A stretch of DNA of 32,000 nucleotides from Trichodesmium erythraeum IMS101 (GCF_000014265.1 NC_008312.1:6930001-6962000), one strand, 5' to 3'; shown: positions 14,946-24,894, numbered from the stretch's first letter. Program-made: numbers and translations. The notes: generated from the sequence alone by a model not told the origin.

Positions 14946-16148
14946 CTAACACCTAACACCTGCCACCCTGACCACATTTAATTTTTCAACATTATTTAAA
15001 ACCCCAGGCGCCACAGCCTTAGGAATACAAACCACATTCCCCGCTCGCATTTTCTCCAAGCGATCGCCAACCACAGAAACAAGCTGACTCAACCGCCAGC
15101 GCATAACCTCCCCATGCACCGGAATAATCTCAATTTCATCTCCCAGCGCCACAGACTCAACCAACTGTAAAACAATACTTTCTGACGTCGTCTCCATTAC
15201 AATTCCTAAATACTCATGAGTACCCCTACTACTTTCCAACTGCTTATATACAGAATCACTCCCTGCAGGACTTTCCAACGAAGCAGAATCATAGTCACGG
15301 TGAGGAATAGACTCTAACTCAGCCACAATTTGACTCAACATTTCTGGAGTTAACCTCCCCTCCCCATAAGCATCGATCGCTTGCCGATAAGCCCGACAAG
15401 TCACCGCCACATAAAACGACGACTTCATCCGCCCCTCTATTTTCAGAGAACAAATTTGATGCTCAAAAAACCCTCCTACCTGGTGAATACCCCATAAATC
15501 TTTAGAAGACATAAAAGTCACCGGGCGATCATCAGTTTTTTCCCCCAACTGATAGGGAAAACGACAAGACTGAATACAACCACCACGGTTAGAGTCTCTA
15601 CCAGCAGTAAAATTAGAGATTGTACAATTACCCGAAAAAGCCATACACATAGCACCATGCACAAACATTTCCACATCAACGCCAGTCTGCGCTCTAATTG
15701 CCCCACCCTCTACCACACTAACTTCTCGCCCCACTATCAGACGCTTCACACCAAACTGTTTCCACATTTGACCAGCATAAGAATTCAGACAAGATGCTTG
15801 AGTCGAGAGATGAATATCGATATCAGAACTACGTTTCACCACTCGCAAAACCCCCAAGTCAGAAACAATAACCCCATCAATACCAATATATTCTAGAAAC
15901 CGACAATATTCTGCCAAACCCTCAAAATCATCATCATGGAGAAAAGCATTCAGAGTCAGGTAGACCTTAGCATCATTTTCGTGAGCAAAATTTACCCCAT
16001 ATTCCAAGTCATAGTCAGAAAAATTATCCGCTCGCGTCCGCAGACCGTATTTTTGCCCCCCCACATAAACAGCATCAGCACCATAAGTAACCGCAACCTT
16101 TAGACGTTCAAGATTTTTAGCAGGAGCTAACAATTCTGGTTTCCACAT
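14946..16148 (-). CDS. U32-family protein, Fe-S type (same family as UbiU/UbiV, TrhP and RlhA; formerly called collagenase-like peptidase)
   Basis: 400 aa. N-terminus is KPELLAPAKNLERLKVAVTYGADAVYVGG. The motif FVHGAMCMAFSGNCTISNFTAGRDSNRGGCIQSC gives C-x6-C-x15-C-x3-C, the conserved U32 4Fe-4S pattern. Confidence 0.9.
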   Translation of the reverse strand: MWKPELLAPAKNLERLKVAVTYGADAVYVGGQKYGLRTRADNFSDYDLEYGVNFAHENDAKVYLTLNAFLHDDDFEGLAEYCRFLEYIGIDGVIVSDLGVLRVVKRSSDIDIHLSTQASCLNSYAGQMWKQFGVKRLIVGREVSVVEGGAIRAQTGVDVEMFVHGAMCMAFSGNCTISNFTAGRDSNRGGCIQSCRFPYQLGEKTDDRPVTFMSSKDLWGIHQVGGFFEHQICSLKIEGRMKSSFYVAVTCRAYRQAIDAYGEGRLTPEMLSQIVAELESIPHRDYDSASLESPAGSDSVYKQLESSRGTHEYLGIVMETTSESIVLQLVESVALGDEIEIIPVHGEVMRWRLSQLVSVVGDRLEKMRAGNVVCIPKAVAPGVLNNVEKLNVVRVAGVRC

Positions 16149-16279
16149 ATTATTTATATATATTCATAGTCATGAACTTATATATTTTAGCTCCCTCCCT
16201 AAATCATGCTTTAAAGAATCAGAATTAACGCTATAATTCAAAAATACAGGTTTTGCAGAAATTTGCAGCAAGAAAAACC

Positions 16280-17062
16280 ATGGTGAAACAACTCAAAACC
16301 GAAACCCATCAAGAAATTGTTTATCCCGATAGTGATGGCCAACCAATAGCAGATAATACAGTTCAATTTCGCTGGATAGCGGTCCTCTACCATAATTTAG
16401 CTTGGCTATTTGCCGAAAATCCTCAAGTCTTTGTAGCTGGAGATTTACTTTGGTATCCTGTAGTTGGGGATAATAAGTTGCGTCAAGCCCCAGATGTTAT
16501 GGTAGCGTTTGGAGTACCTAAAGGAGATCGAGGTTCTTATCAGCAATGGAAAGAAAATAATATTGCTCCCCAAGTAGTGTTTGAAATTCTTTCTCCAGGA
16601 AATACTTTGAAGGAGATGAGTAAGAAACGCCTATTCTATGATAATTATGGAGTGGAAGAGTATTATTTGTATGACCCACAAAAAAATGATTTGACAGGAT
16701 GGTTGCGTTCTGAGTCCTTACTGGATGTAATTGATGAAATGAATGGTTGGGTCTCTCCAAGATTAGGAATTCGCTTTGAGGTCTTGCCCGAAACTTTACA
16801 ATTATATCATCCAGATGGTCAATTATTTGCAGATTATCTGGAGGTTCAAAAACGGTTAAATGAAGTTCAAGAACAATTGGACAATGTCCAAGAACAATTG
16901 GACGACGTCCAAGGACAATTGAATGAGGAACGTCAGGCTAAAGAACTTGCTAAGTCAGAGCTCCAACAGGAACGTCAGGCTAAAGAACTTGCTGAAGAAC
17001 GTGCCAAACGTTTAGAAAAATTACTTCGAGAAGCAGGAATAGATACTGATAGTGGGACTTAA
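16280..17062 (+). CDS. Uma2 (DUF820) family putative endonuclease with C-terminal coiled-coil tail
   Basis: VYPDSDGQPIADN, QVFVAGDLLWYP, PDVMVAFGV, PQVVFEILSPGN and YGVEEYYLYDP are typical Uma2 motifs. The tail carries EVQEQLDNVQEQLDDVQGQL and ERQAKELA repeats and ends in GID. The ATG at 16280 is preferred over the TTG at 16253. Confidence 0.88.
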   Translation: MVKQLKTETHQEIVYPDSDGQPIADNTVQFRWIAVLYHNLAWLFAENPQVFVAGDLLWYPVVGDNKLRQAPDVMVAFGVPKGDRGSYQQWKENNIAPQVVFEILSPGNTLKEMSKKRLFYDNYGVEEYYLYDPQKNDLTGWLRSESLLDVIDEMNGWVSPRLGIRFEVLPETLQLYHPDGQLFADYLEVQKRLNEVQEQLDNVQEQLDDVQGQLNEERQAKELAKSELQQERQAKELAEERAKRLEKLLREAGIDTDSGT

Positions 17063-17353
17063 AAAAAATAGGGGGCTCAAACAGACTTAAATATAGACGG
17101 GGGAAGGCTTCTATCTCAAAAAGGTATAAATCCTGAATAAGCGAGGGTTCTAGCCATTTTTAGGGCATAGACATAATTTCCTTTTCTAGAACGACCTTTC
17201 CCCATCTTTTTCACCAGAAAATGTTTACAGCAACTTTAATTTTAGTAGACCACAGTAGGGACGTTCCATGGAAAGTCTTTACAAAGTTTTGTTTTGGTTG
17301 TGACCATATTTATCAGTCTGAAAAGCGCTGTAAGTACCAATAGCTGAATGTTT

Positions 17354-17698
17354 ATAATTCAAATATAGAGGTTTTGCAGAAATTTTCAGGGAAAAAAACA
17401 ATGGTGAAACAACTCGAAACCGAAACCCATCAAGAAATTGTTTATCTGGATAGTAATGGCCAACAAACCTCCAGATGGTCAATTATTTAGAGATTATCTG
17501 GAGGTTCAAAAACGGTTAAATGAAGTTCAGGAACAATTGGATGATGTCCAAGAACAATTGAATGAAGAACGTCAGGCTAAAGAAGTTACTCACTCAGAAC
17601 TCCAACAGGAACGCCTCCCTAAGGAAGTTGCTAAAGAACTTGCTAAACGTTTAGAAAATTTACTTCAAGAAACAGGAATAGATTTTGATATTAAATAA
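17354..17698 (+). pseudogene. Internally deleted copy of the Uma2 gene (5' leader and first ~21 codons fused out of frame to the coiled-coil tail)
   Basis: 17354-17466 matches 16233-16345, including the ATG (17401). 17467-17698 matches the tail from 16810 on. About 470 nt of nuclease core are missing. The frame from 17401 stops after 29 codons. The tail remains open from the ATG at 17456. Confidence 0.75.
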
Positions 17699-18443
17699 TG
17701 GGAGTTCAAAAATAGAGGTGGGGTGAGCAAATAAGTGGGGGTTAAGCATCAAGACTGTAGCTTCTCACTTTATTCATTCCATCCAGCATTAGGTACCTTT
17801 TGCTCCCTGTCTTCCTTTTGTAAATATAATTTGTAAATATAATAAGTATTTAACTGGATTTTATATTACTAGTTATTAAAAAAAAAATTGATGTTTTCAA
17901 AAGTGAATTATGGCAATCATACTAGATTTGATATAGTACTAATATTATCATGTATTTATTCTAGTTTTGCAGTATTTAATTTGAGGTTAAATTCTGTTTC
18001 TATATGTCTACGACCTAATGTCGAAAAAAACTATCTTAATTCCATATTTTTACTTCAATTTTCTCTAATAGATATTCTTTTTCTATTAGTTGAGACCAGA
18101 TAAATTAAAAAATAGCTATGAAATAGTCCACTTCTTGAAATAGGCGATCGCAATTCCTCAAATATAATTCTGGAAAAAATTCTTTTAACTAACTGAAATT
18201 ATTCAATAATTTCAGCAGTATTGTTTGTAATATTATTATCAAAAATTACTATTTACCAGGAAATATTTTTGGTGATAAAAATTGCGATCGCAGCTTTTTC
18301 AAGAGTAATAGTAGACATTTTCTCTATTCTCGGCAGGCATTGCCACAGTAAAGCTCAAAATAAAACCTAAAAATTAATATGTATATGACTCAAGTAAAAT
18401 TTCAAAATACTTGAATTTGATTAATAACTCAAGGAACCCTAAA

Positions 18444-18929
18444 TTATTTTGAAAGCCTTGTAAAAATTGCTTCTATTGATGGAGGTAAACGACGCATAAT
18501 TTTACCTTTTTCCCGGTCAACAGTTACTAAAGTCACTTTGGCAGTCGTATATAATTCTTGATTATCCAAAGATTGAATTTTGTAATCCCATTCTAACCTA
18601 ACCCCTTGAGTATTTCTCATGCAGGTCTTGACCACAACTACCATACCCAGCTTTATAGGTTGATGATATTTTATCGAAAGATCGACTACTGGCAAATCAC
18701 AACCGAGGTTAACTAACTCAGCAAATTCAATACCAATAGAACGTAAACTTTCGACTCTCGCCTCCTCCATCCAAGAAAGATAAACTCCATGCCAAACAAT
18801 ACCACCATAGTCAGTATGGTGTGGATAAACCCGAACTACATATTCAAACCAGACTTCCGGCTTTTCAGTAGGTTGATTTTCAATTGCACTTGTAGGTAAT
18901 TGAGGTTGAAATTGTTCTGATGAGGCCAC
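18444..18929 (-). CDS. Hotdog-fold acyl-CoA thioesterase, YbgC/4HBT family
   Basis: 161 aa. VRVYPHHTDYGGIVWHGVYLSWMEEARVESLRSIG fits the YbgC-type catalytic Asp region. GTG start. Confidence 0.8.
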   Translation of the reverse strand: MASSEQFQPQLPTSAIENQPTEKPEVWFEYVVRVYPHHTDYGGIVWHGVYLSWMEEARVESLRSIGIEFAELVNLGCDLPVVDLSIKYHQPIKLGMVVVVKTCMRNTQGVRLEWDYKIQSLDNQELYTTAKVTLVTVDREKGKIMRRLPPSIEAIFTRLSK

Positions 18930-19034
18930 TTTACAAAAATTTCTAAAACTCTACATTTCTCAAATTTACCATTGCAATTAGGAATATATGCTAGTTTAAA
19001 TGACTATTATTATTTGGTTCACTTAACTTAAGAT

Positions 19035-19877
19035 ATGATTAATAAAATTTTGTTAGCAGTAGGTGGTCGGGGATTATGTGAAGAGATGCTCAATATGTTG
19101 ATGGATATCCCCTCTTTCCAAAAAGCATCTGTAACTGTCCTACACGTTATACAGCCTCAAGTTACTTCAGAAGGTATGTCAAGAAAATTAGAAGAAGGCG
19201 GTAAAATTTTAGCTGAAGCTGTTAAATCATTAAAAGTAGCTCCCGAAAAAATTAATTCTCGACTCAAACAAGGAGACCCAAAAGATATTGTTTGTCAAAT
19301 AGCTGACGAAGAAAAATCTGACCTAATTATTATGGGTTCCCGGGGTTTAGGCAAGCTCCGAGCCATTCTAGAAAATTCAGTTAGTCAATATGTTTTCCAG
19401 TTAACTACTCATCCCATGTTATTGGTAAAAGACGATGTCTATATCCAAAAAATTAAAAATGTGATGGTTGTCTTAGACCCATCAGAAGAAGGAAAAAATT
19501 CTCTCAAGTTGGGTATGGACTTAGTCAGTCAAGTTTCTGGAGGAAAATTAATTTTGAGCTATGTCAAGAAAGACATGAGTGGTAAGTCTAGTCAAGACTA
19601 CACATCAGATGCAGAAAAAGAGCCTATAATAGCCGAAGCTATAGCAGAAGCAAAAAAAAGGGGTATTAAATATAGTTGTGTTACTGCAAGTGGTAAACCT
19701 GGGCCAGAAATTTGTAAAATCTCTCAGGAATTGAATGTAGGTCTATTAATCTTGGGTTCACCAGATCGTCGTCCATCCGTAGCCAAGAACCTTGTAGACC
19801 TCGATAAACTATTAGGAAACTCTTTATCAGACTATGTAAGAGTTTATAGTAGTTCTCCTGTACTTTTAATCCGCTAA
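19035..19877 (+). CDS. Tandem universal stress protein (two UspA domains)
   Basis: 280 aa with two Usp-like halves, each ending in the G-x2-G-x9-G(S) type motif (IIMGSRGLGKLRAILENSVSQYV and LILGSPDRRP...LLGNSLSDYV). Confidence 0.8.
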   Translation: MINKILLAVGGRGLCEEMLNMLMDIPSFQKASVTVLHVIQPQVTSEGMSRKLEEGGKILAEAVKSLKVAPEKINSRLKQGDPKDIVCQIADEEKSDLIIMGSRGLGKLRAILENSVSQYVFQLTTHPMLLVKDDVYIQKIKNVMVVLDPSEEGKNSLKLGMDLVSQVSGGKLILSYVKKDMSGKSSQDYTSDAEKEPIIAEAIAEAKKRGIKYSCVTASGKPGPEICKISQELNVGLLILGSPDRRPSVAKNLVDLDKLLGNSLSDYVRVYSSSPVLLIR

Positions 19878-20303
19878 AGAGCGCCACAGAAAACTCAAAA
19901 TTTAGCCCCCTTTAACCCTCCTCTATTTTTGCTACCATAAACCTACTAACTATCTTTATCCTCTAGCGCCAAACCACCAAAACTACTATAACTTAACAGA
20001 TGAATGAGTGCTAATGGTTAGTTATATAAGTCTTCAAAAGTAGGAGCATAATATAAAATACTCCCACACTAAGCTAATGCTATGGTGTGGGCTCTCCTTT
20101 AAGAGTCCCAGTACTCCGTCAGACTTCAACGACCTTAAAGACGAAATGCTTTACCGCCCTGTTTTTTATACTGATCCTTGGGTCTACATTACCCTCTATT
20201 AACATACCGCAGTACTCACAATTTGGGAGTTATTTTGGATAATTATATAGGGACTTTTTCGCCACAATTTGACCATCAAAAAAACCCAGAATAATATTGT
20301 AAA

Positions 20304-20328
20304 TTAATGGGACATTAAGTCCCATTAA
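20304..20328. other. Perfect 10-bp stem / 5-nt loop hairpin
   Basis: TTAATGGGAC ATTAA GTCCCATTAA. It lies ~270 nt downstream of the minus-strand ferredoxin gene with only a weak T tract on that strand. Function unknown. Confidence 0.4.
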
Positions 20329-20595
20329 CTAACCATTGATTCATCTCACGCCATAATCTTTAACAAGAGCGTAAAGCTTCTCGACGATAAAGCTAAAAAC
20401 TTTACTCCTACTTGATTTTTTTCTGTGATCAACTCCTAGCTTTTTAGCTTTGTTGACTATTATTGGTTTGAATGTACAAAATGATCAAGAAAACCGCTGG
20501 CACAAATATAAACAAAATGGTTGCCACAAAACCCAAATCATTAACTTCCATAATTACCCACCGAAGAATTTAAATACCATAAATCCAGAATACCA

Positions 20596-20904
20596 TTATT
20601 TACGTTTTGGTTTTGTTTTGACAACCACAGGACCGTTCACTAGGACCTGACAAGCTAATCTCCAGTTTTCAGGCCTCTTTTTTAACTTTTTTTCTTCCAC
20701 CTCAGTACGGGGTGAAAGATTTTCCAGACCTTCAATAATTTCTACAACACAAGTGCCACACTGTCCATAGCCACCACAATTCATCAATTTGGCCGTAAAG
20801 GTGTAAATGTCAACGCGATTTTCTAGAGCTTTGAGCCTTAAATTGGCTCCATCAGCAGCAATTACTTCCTGATTTTCGTTTTCAAACTTAATGTTGGCCA
20901 TCAT
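20596..20904 (-). CDS. Small 2Fe-2S iron-sulfur protein (ferredoxin-like)
   Basis: 102 aa. Cys pattern [13 protein letters not shown] ... LACQV. Confidence 0.8.
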   Translation of the reverse strand: MMANIKFENENQEVIAADGANLRLKALENRVDIYTFTAKLMNCGGYGQCGTCVVEIIEGLENLSPRTEVEEKKLKKRPENWRLACQVLVNGPVVVKTKPKRK

Positions 20905-21778
20905 GAATTATTAATTTATTGTTATAAAAAAATATTAACTAATATTAAGAACTTTAACTTAATTTTTAAGTTTAAAGTCTCCCACCCGCATCAGGCAACT
21001 TTTTATTAGTTTTTCCTTATCTGTGAGCAATTAATTCTGAGATAAACTAACCAGTTCCTAGGCCGACCCATAGAGGCCAAAACTTATCCAGATTCTGAAT
21101 ATTTAAATCATCCAAATCTTATAATATCCTTGTATCAAAATACTTTTGAGATTCATGACCTCAGGTCATAACCAAAACCCTATAAAGTTGCTTTCGGCAT
21201 TCTACGCAAATATGTTGCGGAGCATTTTATGGTCACTGGTCACTCACCCTGTGGTCTAATGAAATAAAAAGCGCCTTCAATTTATTTATCTGAAACTATT
21301 TTTGTTTGATTTGGACTATTGACCCAAACAAAAAAAACCGTATATTTAAAGTAAAAAGATTACACTATAAGTTTTAGAGCTTATTTTTAACCTATTTTTC
21401 TTAAAGTCCCCCAACCTCTCCATCTCCCCTCTCCCCAGATATCTTTTCAGAGAAAAGTTAGTAATAACTCTTAAAGGAGTTAAAAAGCCTTGACTTATAA
21501 ATGGGTGACTTTTGACTTTCTTAGTTCAGGCCTACATTTTACACCTTAACCTGTCATCTTAAAAGTAGTAGAAAAATCCCTAAAACTCTTACCTATTTAT
21601 ATTCAGTAAATTAGGTTCACTAGACAAAGCGATCGCCAAACCATCACCAATAAATTAAACATTGATACTAAATTTATCTAGATAAACCTTGGCCTATTAT
21701 CTGATCCAGAACTTCACAAACAATCCTAAATTCTAACCCCTGACTTTCCATACTACTTTTGAAAGTGCAGAACATAGC

Positions 21779-24697
21779 TTAAGGATTATTTGACAAACTC
21801 CCATCAGGAAGATTACTCACAGCTCGTTGCAGTTCCGACAAAGAACGATTATAGTCAATTATCGCCCTTAACAAATTATCCTCAGCCCTAGTCAAATCCG
21901 TCTCCTGTTGAATAACTTCTAACTGAGTTCCCACACCTGCTTGAAATCGTAATCTCGCCAAACGTAAAGCTTCCTTCGCCTGCTCCACACCCAACTCAGC
22001 AGTATCAATATTCTCAAAGCTAGCTTCCAAACCAAAGAAAGCTTCCTCAACTTCCCGACGAATCTGATTTCTAACCTGCTCAAACCTAGTCTCTGCAATC
22101 TCCCCATTCAGTATACTTTGTCTAGCAGAAGCCCTTGCTGCACCACCATCAAAGAAATTCCATCTAAACCTCAATCCTATTGTACTACCATCAGCCCAAC
22201 CCCTAGCTGCTCGCCAACTTTGGTTCTCAGTAGTTAATGCTAAAACATTGTAGGTAGCAAAAAAATTCAAGCTTGGTCTAACTGATGAAAGAGCTAGTTT
22301 CCGCTGCTCATCACTTAAATCTCTTTGCACTAACTGCTGTTCTAACTCAGCTCGGTTCCGAAAAGCTGCCACAATTGTTTCATCTAAAGATAAAGGCCAA
22401 GACCCCACTGGCTCAATTGGATCGGCAGCCGTCAAATTTATCAACTCATTGGCACTTAGTCTTTCTGCCAAACGACGTTGGGTAGTACGTTGATCTCGAA
22501 GAGCATTTGTCAGACTTTGTTGTTCATTAGATAATGTTACCTGAGCTTGCAATACATCAAATCTAGTTCCTACTCCTGCTCTTTCTAAAGCTTCCGCATC
22601 TTCCAAACTTTTGCGAGAATTTCTAACAGCAGCTTCTCCAATTTTAACCCGTCCATCTGCTTGTTGTAAATTATAATAATCGTCCGATACATTCAGACGT
22701 AATTCTTCTGAAAACCTCTCTAATTCTAACTCCCGTAGACGTATTTGTTCCCTAGCAACTCCAATTCTTGAAGAACGAGCTTTACCAAGACCAAGGTCAT
22801 AATCAAATCGAAATGTATTGTTAAAAGTTGTAGTCGGGAAATTTTGAATATCAGTATCTATGAGCTCGTCTCTTCCTGTTACCTTATTGACTCGTTTTTG
22901 AGCCTGTGCTTGCAAGTCACCAAAAGCACTTTCTGTACGTTCTATAACTGATTCAAAAGTCAGACTAGGCCACAAAGCAGCTTGAGCTTCTCGCAGAGCA
23001 GCTTTACTCCTGTCAACTTCTAGTTGAACAATTTGGATATCTGGGTTATTGCGTCGCGCTAAATCAATAGCTTCCTCTAAAGTAATTGGTATTGTTTCTT
23101 TTATCTGTACTTGATCAGGAGTAACGGGAAAGTATAGTGGATTGGAATTTGGTTCTATTTGAGGAGGAGGATTTGTTTGTAAGGTTCCATTGGGTACTGG
23201 TGGAGGAAAACTTTCATTATTTTGTTGAGCAATAATCAAGCTACTATTATTTGATAAATGTTTTTGATTCTCAACCCTAGCTAAATTAGGAACAGTATTC
23301 ATAGTTGAAGTTTGATTGAGACCAGTCTTTATCTGAACAGAATTTTGCTGTTTTGAAGTATTTCCAAAAGTAGGTGGACGCTGAATAATTGAGACTAGAC
23401 TATTATTGGTTCTTCCTACTAATCTAATTGGATTATTTTTATTTTTTTGCGGATTATTTAATACAGATGCCTGGGTTTCAACCTCTGATAAATCATTTAT
23501 TGTTGCCATTGTAGGAGCACGATTTATACTAGTCATCACTTGGTAAGAATTTCCTAGAATTGGATTTCTTTCGGATATTTTTTCACTATTATTAGTCTCA
23601 TTTTTTTGATTCTTAATTTCTGGTGTTGATGCCTTTAAGTCTGTCTGATTTTTTCCATTTTCAACTTGATATTTTTCTAAATCCAAGTTAAATATTTCTG
23701 CATGATTTAATAAATTAGTTGATTCTTGAAAGCTAATTTCTTCAGAAAAATTTATTTGATTTGCTACCTCTAAATTTCCAGATTTTGACTCCAGCAATTC
23801 TAAAAATATAGAATTTGATTTACCCAGATTCTCCACATTATTTTCTGAATCTATGCTTAATCTTTCTGGATTATTTGAAAAAGTAATTGATTCTTGAAAG
23901 CTAATTTCTTCAGAAAAATTTATTTGATTTGCTACCTCTAATTTTCCAGATTTTGACTCCAGCAATTCTAATAAACTGGAATTAGACTTACCCAAAATCT
24001 CCACATTCTTTTCTGAATCTATCCTAATTTTTTGATTCTTGTTAGCTGCAAGATTATGATTAATATTTTGTTTAAATTGTAATGCTGAAGGAGAGATATT
24101 TTCTTCAGAATTTTCTGATTTTGACTCCAACAATTCTAAAATACTAGAATTAGATTTCCCCAGACTCTCCACATTCTTTTCTGAATCTATCCTAATTTTT
24201 TGATTCTTGTTAGCTGCAAAATTATGATTAATATTTTGTTTAAATTGTAATGCTGAAGGAGAGATATTTTCTTCTTTTATAGGGAATTTTAATTTTGCCA
24301 ATAAACTATCTTTATTTTTGTATAGATTTTCGAGTTCTTTTAATGCAGAAATTCTCTCTTTATTAGGTTTTAACTTAGGTAGTTGTTTATTTATATTGAC
24401 TTCTGAGTATCTGTTTGATGGTACCTTTATACCTGAATAATTTGACTTTAACTTTTTTAGTAAACTACCTTCAGGTTTCAATTGAGTAACTTTTTCCAAA
24501 GAGCTAACATCTGACTCTTCTCCTTGAGTTTCTTTAACCTCAACAGATTTTCCTTTGACCTCTTCTGGGTCCAACATCGAATTTTCAGGAGCATTACTTT
24601 GCAGATGAATAGGTAATGGGGCTGAAAAACTCTCCCCTCCATCTGAAAGAACTACTCCAATAACTCCTACTACCAAAATATTACGAAAAACACTCAT
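21779..24697 (-). CDS. TolC-family outer-membrane channel protein with a long low-complexity N-terminal extension
   Basis: The C-terminal ~435 aa show two OEP repeats (PITLEEAIDLARRNNPDIQI..., LRLARLRFQAGVGTQLEVIQQETDLTRAEDNLLRAIIDYN). The ATG at 24697 gives a signal peptide, MSVFRNILVVGVIGVVLS. The TTG at 24724 is less likely. Confidence 0.85.
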   Translation of the reverse strand: MSVFRNILVVGVIGVVLSDGGESFSAPLPIHLQSNAPENSMLDPEEVKGKSVEVKETQGEESDVSSLEKVTQLKPEGSLLKKLKSNYSGIKVPSNRYSEVNINKQLPKLKPNKERISALKELENLYKNKDSLLAKLKFPIKEENISPSALQFKQNINHNFAANKNQKIRIDSEKNVESLGKSNSSILELLESKSENSEENISPSALQFKQNINHNLAANKNQKIRIDSEKNVEILGKSNSSLLELLESKSGKLEVANQINFSEEISFQESITFSNNPERLSIDSENNVENLGKSNSIFLELLESKSGNLEVANQINFSEEISFQESTNLLNHAEIFNLDLEKYQVENGKNQTDLKASTPEIKNQKNETNNSEKISERNPILGNSYQVMTSINRAPTMATINDLSEVETQASVLNNPQKNKNNPIRLVGRTNNSLVSIIQRPPTFGNTSKQQNSVQIKTGLNQTSTMNTVPNLARVENQKHLSNNSSLIIAQQNNESFPPPVPNGTLQTNPPPQIEPNSNPLYFPVTPDQVQIKETIPITLEEAIDLARRNNPDIQIVQLEVDRSKAALREAQAALWPSLTFESVIERTESAFGDLQAQAQKRVNKVTGRDELIDTDIQNFPTTTFNNTFRFDYDLGLGKARSSRIGVAREQIRLRELELERFSEELRLNVSDDYYNLQQADGRVKIGEAAVRNSRKSLEDAEALERAGVGTRFDVLQAQVTLSNEQQSLTNALRDQRTTQRRLAERLSANELINLTAADPIEPVGSWPLSLDETIVAAFRNRAELEQQLVQRDLSDEQRKLALSSVRPSLNFFATYNVLALTTENQSWRAARGWADGSTIGLRFRWNFFDGGAARASARQSILNGEIAETRFEQVRNQIRREVEEAFFGLEASFENIDTAELGVEQAKEALRLARLRFQAGVGTQLEVIQQETDLTRAEDNLLRAIIDYNRSLSELQRAVSNLPDGSLSNNP
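23715..24280 (-). repeat. About 3.4 copies of a 168-nt (56-aa) in-frame tandem repeat inside the TolC-like N-terminal extension
   Basis: Offsets of 168 nt were measured twice (23721/23889 and 23999/24167). Protein blocks: IDSE.NVE.LGKSNS..LELLESKS x3, EENISPSALQFKQNINHN x2, LEVANQINFSEEISFQES x2. Confidence 0.9.
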
Positions 24698-24767
24698 GGA
24701 TTTTTTATTAGTTTCCAAGTCCAACTGATATTTTAAACTAATGGGTTAACAGTTTTGCCAATATTTT

Positions 24768-24855
24768 TTCAGTTATTAGTTATCAGTTAGTCTCCCCCAG
24801 CAGGAACTACCTTAACATTACCCCTGGTCAAAACCAGAGGCTTGAAATACTGAAG
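24768..24855 (-). repeat. MITE-like small repeat, long copy
   Basis: The reverse complement aligns with 30708-30762 apart from a 33-nt internal insertion. Termini are TTCAGTAT ... ATAACTGAA (imperfect terminal inverted repeat). Confidence 0.6.
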
Positions 24856-24894
24856 TTTATTTTTTTTCATCCCCTTAAAAAAAGAGGCTATTGA

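Noticed and set aside
16253-16279. TTG start for the Uma2 gene, and the analogous TTG starts at 24724 (TolC-like) and 6488 (U32-like)
   Set aside because: In each case an in-frame ATG lies a few codons downstream. It gives a sensible N-terminus: MVKQLKTE, conserved in the duplicate copy; the signal peptide MSVFRNIL; and MQFNTF.
17888-18103. 71-aa ORF in the AT-rich spacer, plus 17279-17482 and 20450-20650
   Set aside because: The translations are low-complexity and Phe/Ile/Leu/Asn-rich, as expected from random AT-rich DNA, and show no RBS or motif. 20450-20650 also overlaps the ferredoxin gene's 3' end.
18142-18291. Symmetric arrangement of GCGATCGCAATT / AATTGCGATCGC around an 11-bp AT palindrome (18193-18215)
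   Set aside because: HIP1 is itself palindromic and abundant, so the extra AATT match is weak evidence. There is no adjacent gene start or end to give it a regulatory context.
20060-20091. Yfr1-like sRNA (ACTCCCACAC resembles the ACUCCUCACAC core)
   Set aside because: The motif is one base short. It is sequestered in a hairpin with the downstream GTGTGGG rather than single-stranded between two stem-loops. No terminator-like second hairpin with a U-tail follows.
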